From sequence record OR258281.1: a stretch of 64,000 bases of DNA; one strand, given 5' to 3'. Positions 26,443 through 34,890 of the stretch are shown here, one piece after another. The notes beneath the pieces were generated by a model that was not told where the DNA came from, did not search any database, and was given only the letters and a program-made list of their open reading frames with translations. The first letter of the stretch is position 1, and each line of letters begins with the position of its first letter. The position numbers and the translations under genes are program-made.

Positions 26443-27771
26443 ATGGCTAAAGAAACTCGTAATGAAAAAATCCAGAACGAAGTAAACCTGAAACCTTCTC
26501 AGGTATACAAAGCAATGCGTATTGCAGCGTTTGTTGGTGACAGTATGATGGTTTGGGGTGCACCGGGCATCGGTAAATCAACCCTGGCAAAACAATATGC
26601 CGATGAAAACTATCCACTGCTGAAAGACAATCTGGAAGAAATTGCGAAACTTGAAGCTCGTGTTGCTGATGCAGATGATGAATACAAACAGTCTCAACTG
26701 GATAAATTCAAAAGTACACTACTGGATCAGGAAACTAACTTTATTGACTTCCGTCTATCACAAATCGAACCTACTGACCTTCGTGGTATTCCAGTACCGG
26801 TTAAACGTTTTATGGATGAAGCTGGTAATGTAGTATTCCAGCATGAAATCAAAAAAGGTGAAACCTATAAAGAAACTACTTCTGTAGAATGGGCTGCACC
26901 TTCTGCACTGAAATTGGATGCAGATTGGAAAGGCGTTATCATCTTTGATGAAATTAACTCTGCAATGCCAATCGTACAGGCTGCATCTTACCAGTTGATT
27001 CTTGATCGCCGCATCGGTGAACTGGTACTGCCTAAATCAGCATTTATCATGGCTGCTGGTAACCGCGATACTGATGGTGGTGTGACTTTCGCACTGGCAA
27101 CTCCGCTGCGTGACCGTATGACTCACGTAACAATGAAAGCGGATCTGGAAGATTGGGTAAACAACTACGCTGTTAAGCATCGTGTTCACCCTCGCGTTGT
27201 AGGTTATCTGAAGTCTGCTGACAGCCACTTCAATACCCTGTCACCGCAAGACCCAAGTCAGTCAGGTGGTACTTCACCTCGTTCATGGGTACGTGTTTCA
27301 GACTTTGAGTACTACAAAGATGAAAACCCAAATACTGAACGTGAAATTATGAAAGCTATGATTTCCGGTCGTGTTGGTGATGCAATCGGTGCTACTTACA
27401 TGGCATATACCGAAAACGTTGCAGACCTGCCAGCTACAATGGATATTCTGAACGGTAAGATTACCAAACTGAAAGAGAACCTGGATATTTCACAGAACTA
27501 CTTTGTTTCTCTGAACCTGGTTTATAAGATTATCGACCTGAACGAAGGCAAAAACAATAAGAGCATCACTGCTAAAGAGTGGGCTACATATTGCGGTAAC
27601 TTCCTGGAGTTCATCGATTCTAACTTCGGTAACAAGAGCAAAGAACTGGTTATTCTGTCAATTCGTACTCTGACCGAAAACAAATGTATGATTCGTACTA
27701 AAGAAGTTCCACGCTACGAAGCATTTGTTGAGAAATATTCTGAACTGGTAATTAAATCTCGTCAGATTTAA
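26443..27771 (+). CDS. MoxR-like AAA+ ATPase
   Basis: Walker A WGAPGIGKS, Walker B IIFDEIN, YQLILDRRIG, AAGN, LRDR and TSPRSW. Confidence 0.9.
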   Translation: MAKETRNEKIQNEVNLKPSQVYKAMRIAAFVGDSMMVWGAPGIGKSTLAKQYADENYPLLKDNLEEIAKLEARVADADDEYKQSQLDKFKSTLLDQETNFIDFRLSQIEPTDLRGIPVPVKRFMDEAGNVVFQHEIKKGETYKETTSVEWAAPSALKLDADWKGVIIFDEINSAMPIVQAASYQLILDRRIGELVLPKSAFIMAAGNRDTDGGVTFALATPLRDRMTHVTMKADLEDWVNNYAVKHRVHPRVVGYLKSADSHFNTLSPQDPSQSGGTSPRSWVRVSDFEYYKDENPNTEREIMKAMISGRVGDAIGATYMAYTENVADLPATMDILNGKITKLKENLDISQNYFVSLNLVYKIIDLNEGKNNKSITAKEWATYCGNFLEFIDSNFGNKSKELVILSIRTLTENKCMIRTKEVPRYEAFVEKYSELVIKSRQI

Positions 27772-27796
27772 TAGAAGTAGAATTCTAATAGTACTG

Positions 27797-27824
27797 AAGG
27801 ACTACAATTTTGTAGTCCTTTTTT
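27797..27824 (+). terminator. Rho-independent terminator or stabilising hairpin
   Basis: aaggactaca-attt-tgtagtcctt followed by a T-run, between the AAA and vWA genes. Confidence 0.7.
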
Positions 27825-27837
27825 ATGGAGAAATAAT

Positions 27838-29217
27838 ATGTCTCGTTTATTACCTACACGTGAAGAAAGTGAAAAGTGTCTTGATCGTCTAATGGTAGCA
27901 CGTACCGCACTGGTACTTCGTTTCCCATTCTTCGGTATTCTGGCATGTAAACTTATTCCAGTTGAGCAGAATACATGGTGTCAGACACTTGCTGTTGATG
28001 GTCGCCACCTGTATTATAATGTTAAGTTCATTATGGGTGTAACTGATCCAGAAGAACGTAAAGAGAAAGAAGAACTGATTCTGAAAAAACTGCCAGATAC
28101 TTCTCCTGAGCAGATGAAACAGTACTTAGCTGGTCTGACTGATAAAAACCTGCTTGCAGCAATTTGCCATGAAATCCTGCACTGTGCATATAACCACTTC
28201 CTTCGTCGTGGTTCACGCGATCCACAACTGTTTAACAAAGCAGCGGATTATGCAATCAATCAGATTCTGGTTCGTGATAAAATCGGTGAAATTCAAAGTA
28301 CCTGGCTGTATGATACACGTTTCGACGGTATGAATGCTGAAGAGATTTATAACATTCTCCAGCAGGAAAAGCAGGATGACCAAGATGGTAGCGGTCAGGG
28401 TGGTACTTTTGACCAGCATGGTTCACCAGATGATTCTGGTTCCGGTCAATCACGTGGTAAAGCTGGCGATGTAATGTCAGGTTCCGGCGGCGGCAGCGGT
28501 GAAGGTGACGAAGATCAAGACGGTCCAAATATCTCGAAAGAAGATATGGAAAAATATATGGACGATTTCCAAAGTACTATGCAGAACGCAAGTGGTGCAG
28601 GTAGTACTCCAGCAGAAATCGAACGTATGGTTAACAAACTTCGTAACCCACGAATTGACTGGCGTTCTAAGTTGCACCGTACCCTTCGTTCATGTATCAA
28701 GAACGATGTAACATTCATGAACCCGTCTCGTCGTTCATGGAGTAATATGGGTATGGCAGGTTCAGCATTCGGTTCTCCGATCTTCCCTGGACTTAAGCCT
28801 GAAGAAGAAATCGATATTTGTGTTGCTATCGATACTTCCGGTTCGATTGGCGAACAGATGTTACGTGACTTCCTGTCAGAAGTATACGGCATTACTAAAC
28901 AGTTTACTCAGTTCAAGATTAAGCTTCTGTGTTTTGATACTTCAGTACATAATCCAAAAGATTATGATCCAAGTAATGTATCTAAACTTCTTGAATATGA
29001 TATTCGTGGTGGTGGTGGTACTCTCTTCGAATGCGTATGGGAACATATGAAAGAAGAAGGTTATAAGCCTGCACAACTGGTAATGTTCACCGATGGTATG
29101 CCTTGTCATACTTGGGGCGAAGAAGATTACTGTAAGACACTGTTCGTCGTACATACCTATGATGTTGATGCACCATTTGGTGACACCGTACATTATAACT
29201 ACGAAGAAAAAGACTAA
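27838..29217 (+). CDS. DUF2201-type putative metallopeptidase plus vWA domain
   Basis: TLAVDG, HExxH (CHEILHCAYNH), AADYAIN, MIDAS-like IDTSGS, GGGGT and FTDG. Confidence 0.85.
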   Translation: MSRLLPTREESEKCLDRLMVARTALVLRFPFFGILACKLIPVEQNTWCQTLAVDGRHLYYNVKFIMGVTDPEERKEKEELILKKLPDTSPEQMKQYLAGLTDKNLLAAICHEILHCAYNHFLRRGSRDPQLFNKAADYAINQILVRDKIGEIQSTWLYDTRFDGMNAEEIYNILQQEKQDDQDGSGQGGTFDQHGSPDDSGSGQSRGKAGDVMSGSGGGSGEGDEDQDGPNISKEDMEKYMDDFQSTMQNASGAGSTPAEIERMVNKLRNPRIDWRSKLHRTLRSCIKNDVTFMNPSRRSWSNMGMAGSAFGSPIFPGLKPEEEIDICVAIDTSGSIGEQMLRDFLSEVYGITKQFTQFKIKLLCFDTSVHNPKDYDPSNVSKLLEYDIRGGGGTLFECVWEHMKEEGYKPAQLVMFTDGMPCHTWGEEDYCKTLFVVHTYDVDAPFGDTVHYNYEEKD

Positions 29218-29227
29218 TAAATAAAAC

Positions 29228-29265
29228 CAGCCTGCATAATTCGTTATGCGGGCTGTAATTATTTT
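29228..29265 (+). terminator. Hairpin terminator (UUCG loop)
   Basis: cagcctgcataa-ttcg-ttatgcgggctg followed by an AT-rich tail. Confidence 0.65.
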
Positions 29266-29294
29266 TGAAACAAATGCAAAAGATGTACTATACT
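29265..29294 (+). promoter_or_regulatory. Recurrent phage promoter (TGAAAC-N17-TATACT)
   Basis: TGAAAC at 29266-29271; TGTAC-TATACT ending at 29294. Confidence 0.7.
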
Positions 29295-29340
29295 ATATAG
29301 GTACAGGAAGTACCTTTAAAAATAACATGGAGATATTATA

Positions 29341-29583
29341 ATGGAACAACCAATCAATGAACAAGCACCAGAAGTAATCGAAGCTACTCCGGCAAATGGT
29401 CCTGAACAACCAGAACAACCTGCGGGGGTAGATGTTACCCAGCTAATGTTCGATTCTCTAGTAATTATTGAAGAATCTATTAACCGTGGAACCTTCAAAG
29501 CTAATGAACTTTCTGGTGTAATGCGTGTTTATGATCAGCTTGCTGATTTAAAGAAACAAATTGCTGAGCAGGGAGCTAAGTAA
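29341..29583 (+). CDS. Small hypothetical protein
   Basis: GGAG Shine-Dalgarno; C-terminal RGTFKANELSGV helix. Confidence 0.65.
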   Translation: MEQPINEQAPEVIEATPANGPEQPEQPAGVDVTQLMFDSLVIIEESINRGTFKANELSGVMRVYDQLADLKKQIAEQGAK

Positions 29584-30233
29584 TGGCTATTCGTCATATT
29601 GGTGTTATTAAAAATACCGGGTCTTCAGTATTTGTAGTTTATCGTAAACTACCAGATAATGATGGTAAGTGTCTTATCCTATATCGTGATTCTCTTCCTG
29701 ATGTTTTTTCACATCGTATAGTCAGTACCGTTGAAGGAAAGGGTCAGCGTTCAGTAGATCTATTTGAAGTTATGAATGAAGAACGCCTTGAAGGTCGTCA
29801 TATGCTAACTGCACTTCATAACCATGGACTACTAAAAGCTGTAGATACCTCTACTGTTGTTATGCATGTCGGCGGTAATCAAACTATTCGCCTTGATGAA
29901 CTCAATAACATTATTGATTCTGAAATGAAAATCCAAGGTGATAATGTTAAGAAGTACAATCCATTTGATATGGGTAGTGCTGAAGCTAAAGATGCATTGG
30001 AAGACCGTGGATTAGTACATCGTCTTACTGAGCAGGCCAAGTTTCATCATGAAGAAGCAGTTAAGCTTTTCGAACGTATTGCTCAAATTGATGAATCATT
30101 AGTACCTAATGAATTTAAAACTGCGAAAAGTACCAGTTCTACTAGTGTAGAACTACCAGAAGGTATTTCTCAGACTAAAGCAATCGAACTAGTCAAGAAA
30201 GCCTTGAAAGAACGTGAAAATAAAGATGAGTAA
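29583..30233 (+). CDS. Hypothetical protein
   Basis: 216-aa ORF with a coupled start. Confidence 0.7.
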   Translation: MAIRHIGVIKNTGSSVFVVYRKLPDNDGKCLILYRDSLPDVFSHRIVSTVEGKGQRSVDLFEVMNEERLEGRHMLTALHNHGLLKAVDTSTVVMHVGGNQTIRLDELNNIIDSEMKIQGDNVKKYNPFDMGSAEAKDALEDRGLVHRLTEQAKFHHEEAVKLFERIAQIDESLVPNEFKTAKSTSSTSVELPEGISQTKAIELVKKALKERENKDE

Positions 30234-30540
30234 TATAAGTCGTGATTTAATTGTCAAGATGATAGTTGAAGAAAGACTAAAACAATTAGACAGTCCTAAT
30301 AGTACTAATGATTCTTTATTAACGAAGAATGACTGGACTGCTAAAATTGGGTATTATCTTTATAGTACTGCATCTAGACCAGATAAACATATTTCCTTTG
30401 AAGAATTTCGTGAGTCTTTGATTACTGTGGGTGCATTAGTACTAAGTGCACTCGAAAATAGTTATGAACACGAATCAAATAAGGAAATAGATGAACTATT
30501 GGATAAAATAAAAAATGACGGACAGAGTGGAACTCTTTGA
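30226..30540 (+). CDS. Hypothetical helical protein, weakly MazG-like
   Basis: DW...FRESLITVGALVLSALE resembles MazG-like helices, but the acidic catalytic motif is not evident. Confidence 0.4.
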   Translation: MSNISRDLIVKMIVEERLKQLDSPNSTNDSLLTKNDWTAKIGYYLYSTASRPDKHISFEEFRESLITVGALVLSALENSYEHESNKEIDELLDKIKNDGQSGTL

Positions 30541-31123
30541 GTCTTTACTAAGTGCATCATTACAATCTAATAATGTATGTTATAGCGGTGGAGCCAAAGG
30601 CTCTGACCGCTTTTTTGGTATATGGGCCGCTGAAAAAGGTCATGATGTACTACATTTTGGGTTTGATGAGCATAGCTATAAAGGTCACGATAAATTATTA
30701 AACGTACCAGTACCGGATGTACTATTACAATCTAGTACTATTAAAGATAGTTTAATAAAAGCTAATTTAAAACTAAAACGCAAAGTCCCAAGCTGGGGTT
30801 ACGTATATAAACTTCTGGCACGTAATTCTTACCAAATACTACATACTGAACGTGTTTATTGTATGGTTGAAGAAGTTAATAAAGACACTGTAAGTGGTGG
30901 TACAGGTTGGGCGGTTCAGATGTACATAGATTCATGTCCTGAACCGGAATTATATGTATACAATATTCATACCGATAAGTGCTATCAGTATGAGGTTAAA
31001 CAAAAGAAATTTGTTGAAGTACTACATGTACCAGAACCACACGGAAAGTGGACAGGTATAGGAACACGAAACTGTGTAATTCAGCATCTAAAGAAATTCA
31101 GTTCACGCTTTATCAAGGAATGA
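30515..31123 (+). CDS. SLOG-superfamily-like (YspA/DprA-type Rossmann) protein
   Basis: YSGGAKGSD, LLARN and SGGTGWA motifs. Confidence 0.55.
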   Translation: MTDRVELFESLLSASLQSNNVCYSGGAKGSDRFFGIWAAEKGHDVLHFGFDEHSYKGHDKLLNVPVPDVLLQSSTIKDSLIKANLKLKRKVPSWGYVYKLLARNSYQILHTERVYCMVEEVNKDTVSGGTGWAVQMYIDSCPEPELYVYNIHTDKCYQYEVKQKKFVEVLHVPEPHGKWTGIGTRNCVIQHLKKFSSRFIKE

Positions 31124-31126
31124 TAA

Positions 31127-31402
31127 ATGGCAAATGTCACAACAACTACTGGTGGAACCATTACAGTTAATGGTGCTATTAATGCATCAAGTTACAATTC
31201 GGGAATTTATGGTAGCCATACACATAATTGGGTAGGTAATTCTCCAGCAAAACAATGGATTAAAATTAATCAAGATAATGAAATTGAACTTGATAATGGT
31301 GATCGAATTGCAGTAGAAGAGTTAGTAAGTACCTTTAAGTACCTGAAAGAAGAACATCCTAACGTATTTGCAGACCTTATTTTAAAAGGCATTATAAAAT
31401 GA
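31127..31402 (+). CDS. Hypothetical protein
   Basis: 91-aa ORF with AAGGA Shine-Dalgarno. Confidence 0.55.
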   Translation: MANVTTTTGGTITVNGAINASSYNSGIYGSHTHNWVGNSPAKQWIKINQDNEIELDNGDRIAVEELVSTFKYLKEEHPNVFADLILKGIIK

Positions 31403-31752
31403 ATTTAGATTCTCAGAGTTATCAGGAAGGATTTGTTGACGGGTATAATGAAGGTTTTGATAAGGGTTTTAACTCTGGTTATGATACCGGTCATGATAAC
31501 GCCAGAAATGAAATTACTGAATATTATGACTCTGAAATTTTAGAACTAAATTATAAACACGGTTATGAATTACAGGAAGTGCGTGAAGAAGTAGAACGGA
31601 ATATTACTGACAAGTTTCACAGCAAAATTGATGAATATCTAAGAGTAATTGAACTACTTAAAACCGAACTGAAAAATACTACGGAAAATTATTATACTCT
31701 AAGGAAAGAGCATGAAGCAATACAACGACTTATTACAAAAAATTCTGAATGA
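31399..31752 (+). CDS. Hypothetical protein with GYxEGF repeats and a coiled coil
   Basis: YQEGFVDGYNEGFDKGFNSGYDTGHD, then a helical tail. Confidence 0.55.
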   Translation: MNLDSQSYQEGFVDGYNEGFDKGFNSGYDTGHDNARNEITEYYDSEILELNYKHGYELQEVREEVERNITDKFHSKIDEYLRVIELLKTELKNTTENYYTLRKEHEAIQRLITKNSE

Positions 31753-32626
31753 AGGTATCGAGTGTAAGGATCGTACTGGTGTAGGTACAATCAGCCTTAT
31801 CGGACAGCAAATGCGTTTTAATTTAAGCGAAGGATTCCCGGCTGTAACTACTAAACGCCTTGCATGGAAATCAGTAGTATCTGAATTACTGTGGTTTATT
31901 GAGGGAAGTACCAATGAACGCCGCCTTGCTGAAATTTTACATGGTGATAACGTTTCAGATGATAAAACTACTATCTGGACAGGGAACTATAACAAGCAAG
32001 CGAAAGACTTAGGATATAGTGGTGGTGAACTAGGTTCAGTATATGGTGAGAACTTCCGTAAATGGCCTTCTTATGAGATTTTAGAAGCAGGTAGTGTTGA
32101 GAGTACTGCTAATGGTGAAATGCTCTACAAAGACGCTGTAGTGCGTAAAAAGTACGTAGACCAGGTACAGGAACTGATTCACGGACTTATTCATGATCCT
32201 GATTCACGCCGTCACATTATTACTCTATGGAACCCAAGTACTATGGATAAGGCTGCTTTACCGGCCTGTCACGCATTCTCGCAGTACTTTGTGAAGAATG
32301 GTAAGCTAAGCTGCCATTTGTATCAGCGTTCGTGTGACGTGTTCTTAGGCGTTCCATTTAACATTGCATCCTATTCACTATTCACACATATGCTTGCACA
32401 GGTATGCGGATTGGAAGTCGGAGAATTTATCTGGACGGGTGGTGATGTTCATATCTATTCAAATCATGTTGAACAGGTAAAAGAACAGTTACTACGTGAA
32501 CCAAAAGAATTACCAGAATTGTACATTGATAAAAGTGTAGAAGATATTGAAGGATTTACGATGGATTCATTCAAACTACTGAATTATGATCCACATCCTA
32601 CTATTAAAGCACCAATGGCAGTATAA
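31712..32626 (+). CDS. thyA: Thymidylate synthase (ThyA type), no intron
   Basis: DRTGVGT, ELLWFI, PDSRR, ALPACH, YQRSCDVFLGVPFNIASY and GDVHIYSNH. Confidence 0.97.
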   Translation: MKQYNDLLQKILNEGIECKDRTGVGTISLIGQQMRFNLSEGFPAVTTKRLAWKSVVSELLWFIEGSTNERRLAEILHGDNVSDDKTTIWTGNYNKQAKDLGYSGGELGSVYGENFRKWPSYEILEAGSVESTANGEMLYKDAVVRKKYVDQVQELIHGLIHDPDSRRHIITLWNPSTMDKAALPACHAFSQYFVKNGKLSCHLYQRSCDVFLGVPFNIASYSLFTHMLAQVCGLEVGEFIWTGGDVHIYSNHVEQVKEQLLREPKELPELYIDKSVEDIEGFTMDSFKLLNYDPHPTIKAPMAV

Positions 32627-32628
32627 AC

Positions 32629-32656
32629 AAAAAAGGAGCCTAAAGGCTCCTTTTTT
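32629..32656. terminator. Bidirectional terminator
   Basis: A-run, ggagcc-taaa-ggctcc, T-run, between convergent genes. Confidence 0.85.
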
Positions 32657-34802
32657 ATTGGGAAATAACACAACGTCCATTGAATCTTAAATCGGTAGTA
32701 CTTGGTATTTTAATAGTTACGGTAGTTCCTGTAATATTAACAGTATCAACATCAACTAAGTTGTATGATGAATCTGCTTGTAGTTCATAAACCTGTACCA
32801 TCTTAGCATTAGCAATTGTGTATTGAATCTGATAATAACCAGAATTTAGTACCCAATCGGTAGTGCTGAACGTATTAGTAGCACTAGTACCTATTCTAAC
32901 CCATGTGCCTGCAATCTTCTGTATTGTACTATTAAGATCAGTACTATATGCAATCATTCCATCTTCACCAACACTATTATTAACTGGTGAAAGTACTGGA
33001 AGTTTAATACCATAACGATTGAATTTAGTACGTACAGTAGACCCGTCTAAAATAGAAACATCATCGTATGAACTCATATTCAAATCAAAGGATGTGCTAC
33101 TCTTAGCAATAACAATAGGATTTGTACCCTGGAATGTCAATGTTGCACTTGGTGCAATTTGAATACCTAAGAAATTATTAATAGAATTACTGAAGGTACT
33201 ACTAGCTTGAACATTAAATGTATCGCTAGAATTGTCACCTAATACCGTGTTTCCTTTTACTAAGAAGTTCCCATTAATAGTTGCATTATTTGTAAAAGTA
33301 CTAGCTGCATTGACTGTCAGTGTATCAGTGTTTGCATCACCTAATACCGTGTTACCATTAACAGTAAGATTATTAACCTGAACGTCAGAGAATGTTGCTG
33401 GTGCATTAAAAGTACTGGTAGCATTAACTACTAATGTATCACTTGTAGCATCACCAAGAACACTGTTGCCGTTAATCTGCAAATCACCAAGTGATTGTAG
33501 TTTTGTATTGGAAAGAATAGTACTTGTGCCTGTAACCGTACCATAAAAAGTAGTAGCAGATGGTGCAAATGAAATATTCACCGAACCGTTAGATACGAAC
33601 TGAATACGGTTGTTAACTGCATTGATTCCTAAACCAGTATTACTTGTATTAGAAAACACAATATTCGGAGCAGAGTTTGAAGCAGAACTATCAGTACTGA
33701 TAATGAACTGAGTCGGGCTAATTCTGAATTTCTCTGAACCTGATGCAGTGAATCCAATACTTCCGGTAGCAGGATGGAATAAACCTGTAGTATTATCAGA
33801 CCATTTAGAAGGATCTGTTCCTGGGTTATTAATTGCATCGAATGCATTATTATTGAAGGTTAAACTTGGAGAACTTGCAGAACCATATACAATACCAAAA
33901 CGACCAGTACCTGTTCCACTGTTAACCATTGAGTCACCAGTGCGTTGTAATGTATTCTGTATTAATGAATCTACTACAGTTTGCACAGTACCGGATGGTT
34001 GGTCAGCAAGTATGCGGTTATTACTGTACATCAATGTTTTATCGAATACAACTGCACCAGCAAGAATACTTACTCGGTTATTACGTTGTGCATTCCATTT
34101 TACTGAACTGCCAATAATGAAATCACCATCAGCTAGACCTTTTTCTGCACCAATGTTATTGGCAGTATCAAAGGGGTCAGTAAGATTAAGATCAGTACTT
34201 AATGATAATAGTCCTTCGTGTCCTGTAGCCGGTATTTGGTCTTCAATAATACGTGCAAAAGCGTAGTTTACCATTTTAGCTGTAGGTGTAACAGGGTCAG
34301 TACCAAAATAGTACTTAATCTCTAACCAGTTTCCCGCTCCACTCGGATTAGTTGGAGTAAAAGTAACTGGTGATGTACCAGTTGGATTGGCTTTAAGATG
34401 TGTAGTTGCTGCATCATAGATACCACGAATAATGTAGTAGTCACCACTAGTAGTAGCATCGGGTGCAGGTAATTTATCATATACGCCAGCGGTAACTGGA
34501 GGATCTATATCATCAGAAAGTGGTGCATAAGTACCGATATAGTCTAATCCAGAAGTAATGGAATCCGGTAATTGTGAAGTTGATAGTCTTCCATGTTCGT
34601 CTAGGTTAGGGAATCTGCGATATGCAATTGAATCATCGGTGAATTGTAAAGTACCTTCAAATGCCTGTAATTCATTATTATAACGAATCATACCCGGACG
34701 TTTTGTTTCCGTAGTCTGTGCAGTATCTGCTTTAGGTAATTCAAGATATTTTTTACTTTCAATTACAACCCCATCTGAACCTTTAATTCTAGTTGTGCTC
34801 AT
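32655..34802 (-). CDS. Virion structural or fibre-associated protein
   Basis: LELPK...GMIRYN N-terminal motif, GNTVLGDAxxDT beta-repeats, late motif upstream. Confidence 0.65.
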   Translation of the reverse strand: MSTTRIKGSDGVVIESKKYLELPKADTAQTTETKRPGMIRYNNELQAFEGTLQFTDDSIAYRRFPNLDEHGRLSTSQLPDSITSGLDYIGTYAPLSDDIDPPVTAGVYDKLPAPDATTSGDYYIIRGIYDAATTHLKANPTGTSPVTFTPTNPSGAGNWLEIKYYFGTDPVTPTAKMVNYAFARIIEDQIPATGHEGLLSLSTDLNLTDPFDTANNIGAEKGLADGDFIIGSSVKWNAQRNNRVSILAGAVVFDKTLMYSNNRILADQPSGTVQTVVDSLIQNTLQRTGDSMVNSGTGTGRFGIVYGSASSPSLTFNNNAFDAINNPGTDPSKWSDNTTGLFHPATGSIGFTASGSEKFRISPTQFIISTDSSASNSAPNIVFSNTSNTGLGINAVNNRIQFVSNGSVNISFAPSATTFYGTVTGTSTILSNTKLQSLGDLQINGNSVLGDATSDTLVVNATSTFNAPATFSDVQVNNLTVNGNTVLGDANTDTLTVNAASTFTNNATINGNFLVKGNTVLGDNSSDTFNVQASSTFSNSINNFLGIQIAPSATLTFQGTNPIVIAKSSTSFDLNMSSYDDVSILDGSTVRTKFNRYGIKLPVLSPVNNSVGEDGMIAYSTDLNSTIQKIAGTWVRIGTSATNTFSTTDWVLNSGYYQIQYTIANAKMVQVYELQADSSYNLVDVDTVNITGTTVTIKIPSTTDLRFNGRCVISQ

Positions 34803-34833
34803 TAAAAAATCCTCAGATCGTGTTTATATTACT

Positions 34834-34840
34834 TATTTAT
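34834..34840 (-). promoter_or_regulatory. Late promoter motif ATAAATA
   Basis: TATTTAT on the + strand, about 30 nt upstream of the minus-strand start. Confidence 0.65.
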
Positions 34841-34856
34841 TTGGTACTGATAAAAT

Positions 34857-34881
34857 AAAAGCCAGTCTAAAAGACTGGCTT
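34857..34881 (-). terminator. Rho-independent terminator
   Basis: aaaagccagtc-taaaa-gactggctt; the A-run gives a U-tail on the minus strand. Confidence 0.75.
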
Positions 34882-34890
34882 AGTTTATTG

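Noticed and set aside
31712-32626. Group I intron or homing endonuclease in thyA, as in T4 td
   Set aside because: The ORF is continuous with all catalytic motifs and normal length.
33748-34266. 172-aa + strand ORF and neighbours at 33629 and 33929
   Set aside because: They overlap the 715-aa minus-strand structural gene and have no recognisable features.
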